Source: a bacterium | GTDB taxonomy: Bacteria > Elusimicrobiota > Elusimicrobia > UBA1565 > UBA9628 | Reading direction: 5' to 3' | NCBI GenBank assembly: GCA_021782205.1 | Contig: JAJXVH010000003.1 | Coordinates: 31,931 to 95,930 of the forward strand | DNA: 64,000 bases | Shown here: positions 32,362 to 42,493 of the stretch, piece by piece | How positions within the stretch are numbered: position 1 is the first letter of the stretch | Layout of the letters: each line of letters begins with the position of its first letter | Position numbers and translations under genes: made by a program | The notes under the pieces: generated by a model | Told to the model about the DNA's origin: nothing | Database searches by the model: none | The model's input: only the letters and a program-made list of their open reading frames with translations

Positions 32362-33647
32362 CCCGCGCCGGAGGCCGCGGGATTAACGTCGTCGAGAAAT
32401 GCCAAAGACTGCCGGCACCACTTGTCCAGGAAAAGTTCGCGATTCAGCCGCGCCTGCTCGGCCATCGCCGCGAAACTGCGGAAACTTTTGTGGCCGTGGT
32501 GGCGGACGAATACGTCCCTCGCCACCGCGAGATCGTAGCCGGCCTGACGCAGACGCAGGCAGTAGTCGAATTCTTCATAAGTGCCGATGCCGAAACGCTC
32601 GTCGAGCAGGCCCACCAGCCGCACGGCCTCGCGCTTAATGAGCACGCAGAAACCCGTGAGTCGGGGCACTCCTTCGGCCTGGCCCGCATAGCGCAGGGCC
32701 CAGGCCTCGGAGAACATGGCGAGATCGCGCGCGGTTTTGAACGGCGGCGCGGCGACACGCTGGGAGCCCACGGTGACGTCGGTGCAGGGACCGACCGCCG
32801 CGATCCATGGCGCCCGCTCGGCGCAGTCGATCAAGCGCTCGAGCCAACCCGGAGTGACGACCACATCGTTGTTGAGCCAGACGAGCCAGCGTCCGCGCGC
32901 CGCGGTCATGCCTTGATTGATCGCCTTCGCGAAGCCGAGATTTGTCTTATTGCGGATCACCCGGGCACCCGCGCGCCGCGCCCAGGCACCGGTACCGTCC
33001 GCCGATGCGTTATCGACGACGATTATCTCGTAGGGACTCTGGGTGTGCTGCTTGACGGCTTCAAGACACTCGCGCGTCCAGCGCAAGCCGTCGACGCAAG
33101 GAACGATGATGCTCGTCAGCGCGCGCGGGCCGCGCGGGCGGCCGAGGGCACGCAGGCGGCTTGCCATCCACGCCGCTTCAGGGCGCGCGCGGCGGGCAAA
33201 TCCCCCCTCGGCATCAGCGGTCCCCGCGCCGAACGCCCAAATCTCGTCGGCCGCGCAGGACTGGCGCTCAAGGCGCTCGCGCTCGCGGCGCGGAGCATGG
33301 AACGCGTCCCTAAATAAGCGCGCAGACGGCCGCTCGTCTCCGGCCGCTCGTCCCAAAATCGCAAGCACCAGCGGCATGCGGGTGAACTCCCGCAAAGAGG
33401 GCAGGCAGGCACGCGACTCGGGACCGTCAACGATCACCACCGCCTCATACGAGCGCGCCGTTATCGCCTCGCGGCAGCGCTGGGCCAGCGCGTCAGAGAC
33501 CGCGTGCTCCGCGCCGGAGGATTCAAGCCGATCGACGGCCCATCGGCGTTCAAGTTCCCGGCCGAGACTCCGTGCCGCGCGCACCGCGCCGCGGGGAAGA
33601 ACGAGCAATATCCGGGAATGGGCGCTTCGGTGAGCGGCGGCCTTCAT
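32358..33647 (-). CDS. glycosyltransferase family 2 with approx. 175-aa N-terminal extension
   Basis: 429 aa. SIIVPCVDGLRWTRECLEAV...YEIIVVDNASADGT...WLNNDVVV (DxD-like). Confidence 0.85.
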   Translation of the reverse strand: MKAAAHRSAHSRILLVLPRGAVRAARSLGRELERRWAVDRLESSGAEHAVSDALAQRCREAITARSYEAVVIVDGPESRACLPSLREFTRMPLVLAILGRAAGDERPSARLFRDAFHAPRRERERLERQSCAADEIWAFGAGTADAEGGFARRARPEAAWMASRLRALGRPRGPRALTSIIVPCVDGLRWTRECLEAVKQHTQSPYEIIVVDNASADGTGAWARRAGARVIRNKTNLGFAKAINQGMTAARGRWLVWLNNDVVVTPGWLERLIDCAERAPWIAAVGPCTDVTVGSQRVAAPPFKTARDLAMFSEAWALRYAGQAEGVPRLTGFCVLIKREAVRLVGLLDERFGIGTYEEFDYCLRLRQAGYDLAVARDVFVRHHGHKSFRSFAAMAEQARLNRELFLDKWCRQSLAFLDDVNPAASGAG

Positions 33648-33853
33648 CGACGACCGCTCTCATGACCCGACCAGGGGAGCGCGGCCCCGGTTCCACACAC
33701 CGCAAGTTCGCGCATGGGCAAGAGCCGACTGTATAAAATAAAATCTATTCTCGCCAGATTTTCATCGGTCTCGTCGCCCGAGGGAAACCTCCGTCATTGC
33801 GTCTTTGGCGGCTTCCCCCGCCGGAAAGTCCCTCAGGCGAGTCCGGGATAAAA

Positions 33854-33928
33854 TGGTGGGCAGTACAGGATTCGAACCTGTGACCCCTGTCGTGTGAGGA
33901 CAGTGCTCTACCGCTGAGCTAACTGCCC
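33854..33928 (-). tRNA. tRNA-Val (anticodon CAC), CCA encoded
   Basis: Reverse complement folds as a cloverleaf: acceptor GGGCAGT/ACTGCCC, anticodon loop CTCACAC, T-loop GGTTCGAATCC. Confidence 0.9.
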
Positions 33929-33968
33929 GTGGGTGGGAACGGGCGAATGGATTATACCATGTCGGCGG

Positions 33969-35012
33969 CTAGGCCAGCAGGTAGCGACGCAACTGCTCGT
34001 AATAGTCAAGGACGGCGCGCACGTAGCCCTGCGTCTCGAGATACGGCGGCACGCCATGATATTTCTGGACCGCGCCGGGCCCGGCGTTATAGGCCGCGAC
34101 CACGTTCTTGACGCCGCGGCTGTAGAACGGATCGACGTTCTGCAAATTGCTCATGCTGAAATCCGCGAAGTCCCCCCAAAGCCCGCGCAGGTAGCGCACG
34201 CCCGCCGCGATGTTCGTTTCCACGTCGTAGAGCATTCCCGCGTTATTCACGCCCAGGTCTCGGCCGGTGCCGGGCATGATCTGCATCAGGCCGCGCGCGC
34301 CCACGGCGCTACGCGCGTACGGATTGAAGCCGGACTCCGCGTTGATGACGGAGAGCACGAGGAGGGGATCAGCATGCTGGCGCAGGGCCTCGCGAATGGC
34401 CGCGTCGACGATGCGCGGGTTAGCCCCCTCGGAGACCAGTATCTGGCGGACCTTGCTGTAGCGGGCGAGGTCGTCGGGCCCGGCGGACGCGGGAGCGAAA
34501 AAAGCCGAGGAATTGGAGAAATCATAGGACGCGTGCCCGTAGGCACGGGCGCCGTCGAATGGGGACTGGGCCGCCGCGAAGCTGGCCAGCCGCGCGCGCG
34601 TCGTCTCCTCGATCTGCACCTGCACCGTCAGCGCGCGCGCAAAGTCCGCGATCGACCGGGCCTTGCGCGTCTCGCCGTTGACGTAGGCGCAGAAGCCCGG
34701 CCCGGACGAGTCGCCGTATTTCGCCTGGAAAACAGCCAACTTCCAATCATGAAGAGCCCGGCGCAAGGAGGGAACGTCTTCATGCGGATCATTCAGACGC
34801 GATTTCAGGCGATCCAGGCTCGGGCCAAACTTCACGTCGGCCGGGTCTCCCGGAGGCAGCTCCAGGCTTCGCCAGGCATCCACGTCCGAGAGCATCTGCG
34901 CCCGAGATTCCGGCGCCGGAGTCGCGCCGCACTCGTCCTGAGCCTGGGCGCGCGCGAGCGTGAACACCGCCGCCAAAACCACCGTCGACAGAAGAACCTT
35001 CATCTTCCGCAT
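33969..35012 (-). CDS. lytic murein transglycosylase (SLT domain), secreted
   Basis: Internal ATG (MRKMKVLLSTVVLAAVFTLARAQA) of ORF 33969..35087. SLT motif VINAESGFNPYARSAVGARGLMQIMPGTG. Confidence 0.85.
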   Translation of the reverse strand: MRKMKVLLSTVVLAAVFTLARAQAQDECGATPAPESRAQMLSDVDAWRSLELPPGDPADVKFGPSLDRLKSRLNDPHEDVPSLRRALHDWKLAVFQAKYGDSSGPGFCAYVNGETRKARSIADFARALTVQVQIEETTRARLASFAAAQSPFDGARAYGHASYDFSNSSAFFAPASAGPDDLARYSKVRQILVSEGANPRIVDAAIREALRQHADPLLVLSVINAESGFNPYARSAVGARGLMQIMPGTGRDLGVNNAGMLYDVETNIAAGVRYLRGLWGDFADFSMSNLQNVDPFYSRGVKNVVAAYNAGPGAVQKYHGVPPYLETQGYVRAVLDYYEQLRRYLLA

Positions 35013-35074
35013 TGTAGCGCCGCCGCCGCGTCCGGCCGAGGACCCAAGGGCCCACTGGCGCGCGGTCTTTGGCC

Positions 35075-35590
35075 CTACTCCGCCCAAGGCAGGCGGCGCA
35101 CGATCCCCTGTAGGGCCTGCTTCGAGACGAAATAGACGCGCGCCCCCGAAGAGGCCCGCCAGACCGAGGAATCATCCGATTCGTCGCGATTGTCTCCCAG
35201 CATGAAGTAGGAGTCGGCCGGGACCGTCATGGGCCCAAGGTCGTCGCCTTCCAGTGTTTCGTTCTCGCGCCGATGTACCGCATAATCCTCATCCTGCGCC
35301 GCGCCGTTGAGTACGACCTTCTTGCCGCGCAGTTCGATCTGGTCCCCGGGAACCGCGATCACGCGCTTGACCATGTCCTCATCGCCCACCGGACTACGGA
35401 AGGAGACAACCTCTCCCCGACGCGGCGGCCGGGCGCGTAAAGTCCACTTATCAAGGATCAGAAGCGTGCCGATAGACAAAGTCGGCTCCATGGACCCGCT
35501 CGCGATCACGATAGGCTCCGCGATCCAGCTCCTCACGGGCAGGACCACGGCCGCGGCGATCGCCGTCAAACGCAGTAGGCGCAGAAACAT
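35075..35590 (-). CDS. lepB: signal peptidase I
   Basis: 171 aa. N-terminal TM, SGSMEPTL, RGEVVSF, VKRVIAVPGD, and YFMLGDNRDESDDS boxes. Confidence 0.9.
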   Translation of the reverse strand: MFLRLLRLTAIAAAVVLPVRSWIAEPIVIASGSMEPTLSIGTLLILDKWTLRARPPRRGEVVSFRSPVGDEDMVKRVIAVPGDQIELRGKKVVLNGAAQDEDYAVHRRENETLEGDDLGPMTVPADSYFMLGDNRDESDDSSVWRASSGARVYFVSKQALQGIVRRLPWAE

Positions 35591-35649
35591 GGGTGGTTCC
35601 GCCTAGGATAGCCCGCGCGCGGCCGCCCGTCCAGACCCGGGAGCGGTCG

Positions 35650-35679
35650 TTGACATGGGCTTTCGTGTTTGGCTAGAAT
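35650..35679 (+). promoter_or_regulatory. sigma70-like promoter (TTGACA-N18-TAGAAT) upstream of the tRNA-tuf cluster
   Basis: Hexamers at 35650-35655 and 35674-35679, about 90 nt upstream of tRNA-Gly. Confidence 0.45.
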
Positions 35680-35768
35680 AGGGTTCCCGCAGTCCGTTGG
35701 TTCTCCTCCGGCGACTCTCGCGAGTCCCGGGGGCGTCGTTTCCGGCGGCCGCGGTCGGGCGGGAAGAT

Positions 35769-35839
35769 GCGGGCGTAGTTCAATGGTAGAACACGAGTTT
35801 TCCAAACTCGTTACGTGGGTTCGATTCCCATCGCCCGCT
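35769..35839 (+). tRNA. tRNA-Gly (anticodon TCC)
   Basis: Acceptor GCGGGCG/CGCCCGC, anticodon loop TTTCCAA, T-loop GGTTCGATTCC. Confidence 0.9.
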
Positions 35840-35853
35840 CCGATCGCACAGGC

Positions 35854-35926
35854 GCTGGGATAGCTCAGTTGGTAGAGCATCTCCATGGTAAGGAGAAGGT
35901 CGTGGGTTCAAATCCCATTCCCAGCT
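35854..35926 (+). tRNA. tRNA-Thr (anticodon GGT)
   Basis: Acceptor GCTGGGA/TCCCAGC, D-arm GCTCAGTTGGTAGAGC, anticodon loop ATGGTAA, T-loop GGTTCAAATCC. Confidence 0.9.
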
Positions 35927-35979
35927 TTTTTGAGTCGTCGACGTGGAGACGCGCCAGCTAAAATTAAGGAGACCGCATC

Positions 35980-37167
<1,188 letters not shown>

Positions 37168-37170
37168 ACC

Positions 37171-37323
37171 ATGGGCGACAGACATATCGTCATTCTCGGC
37201 TGCACCGTCTGCAAGAACAAGAACTACTATTACCAGCGCGGAAAGAAGAAGGAGTTCAAGCTGGAGCTCAAGAAGTTCTGCCGCGCGTGCGGAAAGCAGG
37301 CCCCGCACAAAGAGGTCAAGTAA
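37171..37323 (+). CDS. rpmG: 50S ribosomal protein L33 (Zn-ribbon form)
   Basis: 50-aa ORF, below the track cutoff: MGDRHIVILGCTVCKNKNYYYQRGKKKEFKLELKKFCRACGKQAPHKEVK. Canonical position between tuf and tRNA-Trp/secE. Confidence 0.9.
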   Translation: MGDRHIVILGCTVCKNKNYYYQRGKKKEFKLELKKFCRACGKQAPHKEVK

Positions 37324-37341
37324 ACCCGTTCGGATCCGGTT

Positions 37342-37412
37342 GGGGGTAAAGTGTTACGGTAGCACAACGGTCTCCAAAACCGTTCGCCTAGGTTCGACTC
37401 CTAGTGCCCCCG
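37342..37412 (+). tRNA. tRNA-Trp (anticodon CCA)
   Basis: Acceptor GGGGGTA/TGCCCCC, anticodon loop CTCCAAA, T-loop GGTTCGACTCC. Confidence 0.9.
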
Positions 37413-37434
37413 CCGGATCCGAGGATTCCCAATT

Positions 37435-37617
37435 ATGAACCCAACGCAGTTCCTGAAAGAAGCCGTTGCCGAGCTCAAGCAGTCGACCTGGCTCACGCGT
37501 GAGCAGGCCATCGACTCCACGAAAGCCGTGCTGATTCTCGTGGCGCTGATGTCCCTGTACGTCGCCGGCGTCGACTACGTGCTCTCCATCTTCGTCGGGG
37601 CTTTCCTGGGTCACTAA
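37435..37617 (+). CDS. secE: preprotein translocase subunit SecE
   Basis: 60 aa. ELKQSTWLTREQ followed by a single TM helix. Canonical position before nusG. Confidence 0.85.
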   Translation: MNPTQFLKEAVAELKQSTWLTREQAIDSTKAVLILVALMSLYVAGVDYVLSIFVGAFLGH

Positions 37618-37626
37618 AGAGGCGCC

Positions 37627-38193
37627 ATGACCAACACCGCCGCCGCCGCTTCCACCTCCGCCCGTCCGCGCGGCTGGTACATCGTCCACGTGCAGTCCGG
37701 CTACGAGGACCGCGTGCGCAAGACCCTGGCGCAGAAGATCGACGTGGAAAAACTGCAGGACCGCATTTTCAACGTCTTGATTCCGACCGAGGACGTCGTC
37801 GAGGTCAAGAAGAACAAGAAGAAGATCTCCAAGCGGATGTTCTTTCCCGGCTACGTGCTGATGGACATGGTCATCGACGAGACCACCTACTGGCTGATCA
37901 AGAGCGTCAAGGGCGTCTCCGGCTTCCTCGGCGACACCGACCCGACCCCGCTCGCCCAGGAGGAAGTCGACAAGATCCTGGGCCTGATGAACACCGCCGC
38001 CGAGGGCAAGCCCCGTCCGGCCGTGCAGTTCGAGCGCGGCGAGAACATCCGCATCGTCGACGGCCCGTTCCGCCACTTTGTCGGCGTCGTCGAGGACGTC
38101 AGCGAGGCGAAGGCGAAGATCAAGGCGATGGTCACCATCTTCGGCCGCCCGACGCCCGTCGAGCTGGACTTCCTGCAGGTGGAGAAGATTTGA
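37627..38193 (+). CDS. nusG: transcription termination/antitermination factor NusG
   Basis: 188 aa. WYIVHVQSGYEDRV (NGN) and C-terminal KOW GENIRIVDGPFRHFVGVV. Confidence 0.95.
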   Translation: MTNTAAAASTSARPRGWYIVHVQSGYEDRVRKTLAQKIDVEKLQDRIFNVLIPTEDVVEVKKNKKKISKRMFFPGYVLMDMVIDETTYWLIKSVKGVSGFLGDTDPTPLAQEEVDKILGLMNTAAEGKPRPAVQFERGENIRIVDGPFRHFVGVVEDVSEAKAKIKAMVTIFGRPTPVELDFLQVEKI

Positions 38194-38540
38194 TCGTGGC
38201 CGAGCCGGAGATCCTGCCGCCCGGCGGCGACGCCGAGGACGCCGGCTTCTCCGGCGTGCGCGTGCGCCTGGCGCACGTGAAGTCGCTGGGCGTCGCCGGG
38301 GCGGTGCTGGCGCTGCTGACGATGGCCGCGGCGCTGAGCTTCGGCCTGCTGATGCTGTTCGGCCGCTCCTTGCTGGCGGCCGCCGCCGTCTACGTCTTCT
38401 GGCCGTATCTGTTCAGCCCGACGTTCACGCAGTGGGTGTTCGGCGCGGACCGCGCGCCGTTTTTAAAGCTGTTCGTACTGCTGGCTCTGGCCGGGACGCT
38501 GGCCAAGATGCTCCTGCCCCGGTCCTGGAGCCGCCGCTAG
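38190..38540 (+). CDS. hypothetical small membrane protein between nusG and rplK
   Basis: 116 aa, about 3 predicted TM helices. Non-ATG start overlaps the nusG stop. GC3-rich like its neighbours. No motif recognised. Confidence 0.45.
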   Translation: MIVAEPEILPPGGDAEDAGFSGVRVRLAHVKSLGVAGAVLALLTMAAALSFGLLMLFGRSLLAAAAVYVFWPYLFSPTFTQWVFGADRAPFLKLFVLLALAGTLAKMLLPRSWSRR

Positions 38541-38570
38541 AATTTCACGCCGCACCACGAGGTCATCACC

Positions 38571-38999
38571 ATGGCGAAAAAGATTAAAACCCAAATCAAG
38601 CTGCAGATTCCCGCGGGAGCGGCGAACCCGGCGCCGCCCGTCGGCCCCGCGCTGGGCCAGCACGGACTCAACATCATGGACTTCTGCAAGCAGTTCAACG
38701 AGAAGACCCGCACCCAGGACGCGGGCATGCTGATTCCCGTGGTCATCACGGTTTTCGAGGACCGCTCCTTCACCTTCATCACGAAGATGCCCCCGGTCTC
38801 CTCTCTGCTCAAGAAGGCCGCGGGCCTGGCGAAGGGCTCCGGCGAGCCGAACCGCAACAAGGTCGGCAAGATCAGCCAGAAGCAGGCCGAGGACGTCGCG
38901 AAGGCGAAGCTTCCGGACCTGAACACCAAGGACTTGGCCGCCGCCGTCGAGATGGTCAAGGGCACCGCCCGCTCGATGGGCATCGAAGTCACGAAATAA
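38571..38999 (+). CDS. rplK: 50S ribosomal protein L11
   Basis: 142 aa. [43 protein letters not shown]. Confidence 0.97.
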   Translation: MAKKIKTQIKLQIPAGAANPAPPVGPALGQHGLNIMDFCKQFNEKTRTQDAGMLIPVVITVFEDRSFTFITKMPPVSSLLKKAAGLAKGSGEPNRNKVGKISQKQAEDVAKAKLPDLNTKDLAAAVEMVKGTARSMGIEVTK

Positions 39000-39048
39000 T
39001 TTTATTAGACCGAGCTCCGCATAAGGGGCGCCAACAGGTCAGGAGAAA

Positions 39049-39747
39049 ATGCACATGGGCAAGAGATACGAAGCGCTGGTCAAGGACCTCGACCGCGCGA
39101 AGCTGAACACGCTGGAAGACGCCGCCGCGACCGTCAAGAAGTGCGCGACCGCCAAGTTCGACGAGACCGTCGAACTGCACGTCCGACTCGGCGTGGATCC
39201 CAAGCAGGCGGACCAGCAGGTCCGCGGCACCGTGGGCCTGCCTCACGGCCTGGGCAAGACCAAGAAGGTCGCGGTCGTGGTGCGCGGCGACAAGCAGAAG
39301 GACGCGACGGCCGCCGGAGCCGACATGGTCGGCGCCGAGGACCTCATCGACCAAATCGCCAAGGGCTTCACGGACTTCGACGTCCTGGTCGCGACCCCGG
39401 ACATGATGAAGGACCTCTCCAAGTTGGGTAAGGTGCTCGGCCCCAAGGGCCTGATGCCAAACCCCAAGTCCGGCACCGTGACCATGAACGTGGCGCAAAC
39501 CATCAAGGAATTGAAGGCCGGCCGCGTCGAGTACAAGGTCGACGACTACGGCATCATCCACGTCCCCGTGGGCAAGGCGTCCTTTCCGGCCGACAAGATC
39601 GCGGGCAACGCGCGCGCCATCCTGGAAGCTCTGACCAAGGCCAAGCCCGCCGCGTCGAAAGGCGTCTACATGCTGAGCATCACGCTCTCCTCGACGATGG
39701 GTCCCGGCTTGAAGGTCGACCACAACGTGAAATACGCCGCCGTCTAA
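39049..39747 (+). CDS. rplA: 50S ribosomal protein L1
   Basis: 232 aa. GKRYEAL...FDETVELHVRLGVDPKQADQQVRGTV..., with AGGAG 7 nt upstream. Confidence 0.95.
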   Translation: MHMGKRYEALVKDLDRAKLNTLEDAAATVKKCATAKFDETVELHVRLGVDPKQADQQVRGTVGLPHGLGKTKKVAVVVRGDKQKDATAAGADMVGAEDLIDQIAKGFTDFDVLVATPDMMKDLSKLGKVLGPKGLMPNPKSGTVTMNVAQTIKELKAGRVEYKVDDYGIIHVPVGKASFPADKIAGNARAILEALTKAKPAASKGVYMLSITLSSTMGPGLKVDHNVKYAAV

Positions 39748-39765
39748 CCGCACGCCTCTCGACGC

Positions 39766-39797
39766 AAAGGCCTCCGCGCGAGCGGAGGCCTTTTTAT
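39766..39797 (+). terminator. rho-independent terminator after rplA
   Basis: AAAGGCCTCCGC-GCGA-GCGGAGGCCTTT followed by TTATT. Confidence 0.7.
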
Positions 39798-39981
39798 TGC
39801 GGCCGCGCATAGGAGATCATTCCCGAGAGCCCCGGCAAAGGCGTACTCCAGCTCTGGCTCAACCCGGCCGAGGCTCAATACAAGGCCGCCGCCTTGCGGA
39901 GCCCGGCCGACGCCGAGCTTCACCCGATGGAGATGAGCACCTTCCGCAAGATGTTCCGCTGACGCGCCCGATCGTCCTCGC

Positions 39982-40701
39982 TCAGTAGGCCGGAACCGGC
40001 TGGGAGCGCAACATCCAGTCCGCGCGCGTCAGCGCGCCGGCCGCGGCGTCCAACGCCAGGCTCTGGCGCCAGTAAAACTCAGCGCGTGGATTGGGATCCT
40101 CGGTCGTCGGCGCGGCCGCGGCAGCGCGGCACTCGCCACCGATGCGTAGGGCGCGCGCGCGTGCGACCGCCGCGGCGGCTTCGTCCAACGGCTTGCGTCC
40201 CGCGTCCAACGCGGCCTTGTCGGCGATCGCGTCGGGATCGGAGACCGCCTCGGCCTCGTAGGAGCGCCACGTCGACTGCTCGGACGCCGCCTGCTCGCTG
40301 AGCTCGGCGGTGCGGAGGGCGAAATCGTCGGGCGCTTCGCGCTTGCCGCGCGCGCGCAGTTCGTCGACCAGCCCCTCGATGACGGCAACGCAGGCGTCGT
40401 CGGCGTAGCGGCAGGAAGAGGCCGCCACATACGGCTGGTCGCGGCGGATATATTCGGTCGGGGTGAATTCACGCACATCTTGGACGATGCCGCTCCAACC
40501 ATCCACGCGCTCGAAGGTCCGCAGTTCCGACGCCTTGATCAGGTAGAAGCCCTTGCGCCCCTCGTAAGCCACGGCGTCCGGATTTTTAGCCCCGTCGACC
40601 GTGAAAGCGGTCAGACGCATTTTGAGCGCCGGGTGATCGTAGACGACGCCGGCGGCGCGGGCCGAAGACGTCAACAGCAAAGCGGCAAGGGCGATTTTCA
40701 T
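39982..40701 (-). CDS. hypothetical secreted protein
   Basis: 239 aa. Signal peptide MKIALAALLLTSSARA. No motif recognised. Confidence 0.55.
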   Translation of the reverse strand: MKIALAALLLTSSARAAGVVYDHPALKMRLTAFTVDGAKNPDAVAYEGRKGFYLIKASELRTFERVDGWSGIVQDVREFTPTEYIRRDQPYVAASSCRYADDACVAVIEGLVDELRARGKREAPDDFALRTAELSEQAASEQSTWRSYEAEAVSDPDAIADKAALDAGRKPLDEAAAAVARARALRIGGECRAAAAAPTTEDPNPRAEFYWRQSLALDAAAGALTRADWMLRSQPVPAY

Positions 40702-40862
40702 CGTATTCTCCTAGGAACAGAAGATACCAACACGCGCGCCGCCACGCATCGGTCTTTGGGCTCAGCGGCGGCTCGGGAAATAGACCCGCGGATTTAGGAC
40801 CAAAGGCCGGGGAGCACCCTGCGAGATGCCCGCCGGCCCCGGCGGTCGGGCGCGATAGACCG

Positions 40863-41384
40863 CTACTTGGGCGGCTGATTATTCCTGAATTTCTTCAGGT
40901 AATCGTCCATCCAGGGCATGGCGGGCAGGGGGAGAAGCTTGAGTTTTGCCGGCGGCTTGGAATTGACGGGCGCCGGACGACCGGCGGCGACTCTTGACGC
41001 TTTTCGCAGTCGCGCCTGAATAGCCGGCTTCTTCAAGTACGATTCAAAAACGAGTTGGGAGACGATGTAATCCGGATTCGCGGCGATCTGCTGCCGCTCG
41101 ACGACGAGAGGCGTCAACGCGTCGACGGCCTCCTGCTCAGTAATGTTGTCCGCGGCGAGGTTGCCGGAGATCTTTCTTATCTCTCCTTCGATTTCCGTCA
41201 TTCGCTGCCAATACCGCGCGTAATCCGGAGCGATGTCCTGCGCCAACGTCAACAACTCCCGTTCTTCATTTTCGGCCCGCGTCCGATCAACGCCGCTCGG
41301 CAGTCCCTCCTGCCCCACGGCGAATCCTCCAATTGGTCGGATCCAAAGAAATCCCATGACGGCTGCGATCAGCGCCCGTTTCAT
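40863..41384 (-). CDS. hypothetical secreted protein, translationally coupled to the upstream surface-protein gene
   Basis: Internal ATG (MKRALIAAVMGFLW...) overlaps the upstream stop as ATGA. Helical, charged. No motif recognised. Confidence 0.5.
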   Translation of the reverse strand: MKRALIAAVMGFLWIRPIGGFAVGQEGLPSGVDRTRAENEERELLTLAQDIAPDYARYWQRMTEIEGEIRKISGNLAADNITEQEAVDALTPLVVERQQIAANPDYIVSQLVFESYLKKPAIQARLRKASRVAAGRPAPVNSKPPAKLKLLPLPAMPWMDDYLKKFRNNQPPK

Positions 41385-42230
41385 GGATGGTCCCACACAC
41401 AAAGCTGCATCCACCCACTATCAATCGTCGCACCCATTCCGGCATACGGCGGGATACCCGCGCCGCCGTACCCGGCTCCCGTCATCTGTCCACCGTTGCA
41501 CGGCGGCGTGCCGACGTGCCACGCGCCCCCGCTAGAATAATTCGGCGGGCAAAAATATGCCGTGCCGGAACAATCGTCATACGACGCCGCCACAAAAAAA
41601 AGCGGCCCTCCTCCGGGCACCCCGGTTATGGCGTGAGGTGCGCCAAGGAACTGGCTTATGCCGTCGGCTTGAAACGAACCGCCAACCTCCAACTGCGCGG
41701 CCGGCGGAAAGGATGGCAAGTCGCCGATGCCGACATTGCCCGGGGTCACGCCCGGCGGCGCGCCGTTCAGGCTAAGGAAGCCGCCCGTGACCGAGCCGAG
41801 GTACGCGGCACCAAAAACATCCATAGCGAAAATGGGGGGGGGTAGCTCCCGAGTTGATCCCGACAGCCATGGAGACTCCATTGGCCTGGTCGCGGAACCA
41901 GGCCATGTTTGGAGCACCTCCGTTCCCTGGCGCATCAACATCAAGCTGCGCTATGGGACTAGTCGTCCCGATGCCGACATACCCGCCCATGACGGACATT
42001 TTCGCGTACGCCGGCAACGGGACGTTGGTTCCGACGTCCAGGTAGCCGGCATCACGCGCCGCAAAAGTGTTGCTGGTGGCGATCAGCTGAGTGTAGACCC
42101 CAGACGGAGCTGGATAGTATGTGGTCAAGGCGACATTTTCGGAGGCCAATTCTCCGGCACACGCCCCGATGGCTGCGCCAATCAATATGGCTCGGCAAGC
42201 TCCGCGCGAGAAGGAAATCTCAATCTTCAT
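41381..42230 (-). pseudogene. secreted tail-fibre-like surface protein split by a frameshift at a C9 (plus-strand G9) homopolymer
   Basis: ORFs 41772..42287 and 41381..41944 overlap in adjacent frames at G9 (41834-41842). Removing one C joins ...GINSGATPP to IFAMDVFGAAYLG.... Motifs YVGIGTTSPIAQLDV and PGNVGIG... recur. Confidence 0.6.
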
Positions 42231-42493
42231 GCCTGCATTATGCGACGAGCCGAATTCACTGTAAATCCTTTTGCGCCCAGCGGCCACAAGTAAAAAGCTC
42301 TATACGTGTTAGTTATCAGCACCACTCCAGTAATAACTCTTTGAAAAACCCTCGTCGACAAACGTCGCACATGCCTGGAAACTTTCGCGCAAGCGCGGCA
42401 CGCGATCCTGTGACGCGGACGCCGAAACGGTGCGCGCCGGTTCATGCGGCGCTATAATCCCTAACATAGTCCAATTGAGAGGTAACTAGGGAC

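Noticed and set aside
22434-33928. Possibility that the 22.5-33.6 kb accessory block is a tRNA-Val-integrated genomic island.
   Set aside because: The block lies 3' of tRNA-Val. However, I found no integrase and no direct repeat of the tRNA 3' end at 22.4 kb or 26.1 kb. Its GC richness matches the surrounding core. Acquisition cannot be argued from this window.
35680-35768. A possible additional tRNA (for example tRNA-Tyr) between the promoter and tRNA-Gly, as seen in many tuf-upstream clusters.
   Set aside because: The ~90-nt segment has no T-loop (GTTCRANYC) and no acceptor-stem complementarity.
38078-38587. 169-aa plus-strand ORF overlapping the nusG end and the small membrane ORF.
   Set aside because: The translation is Arg/Ala/Gly-rich and frame-shifted relative to nusG. 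The alternative frame 38190..38540 gives a coherent hydrophobic protein.
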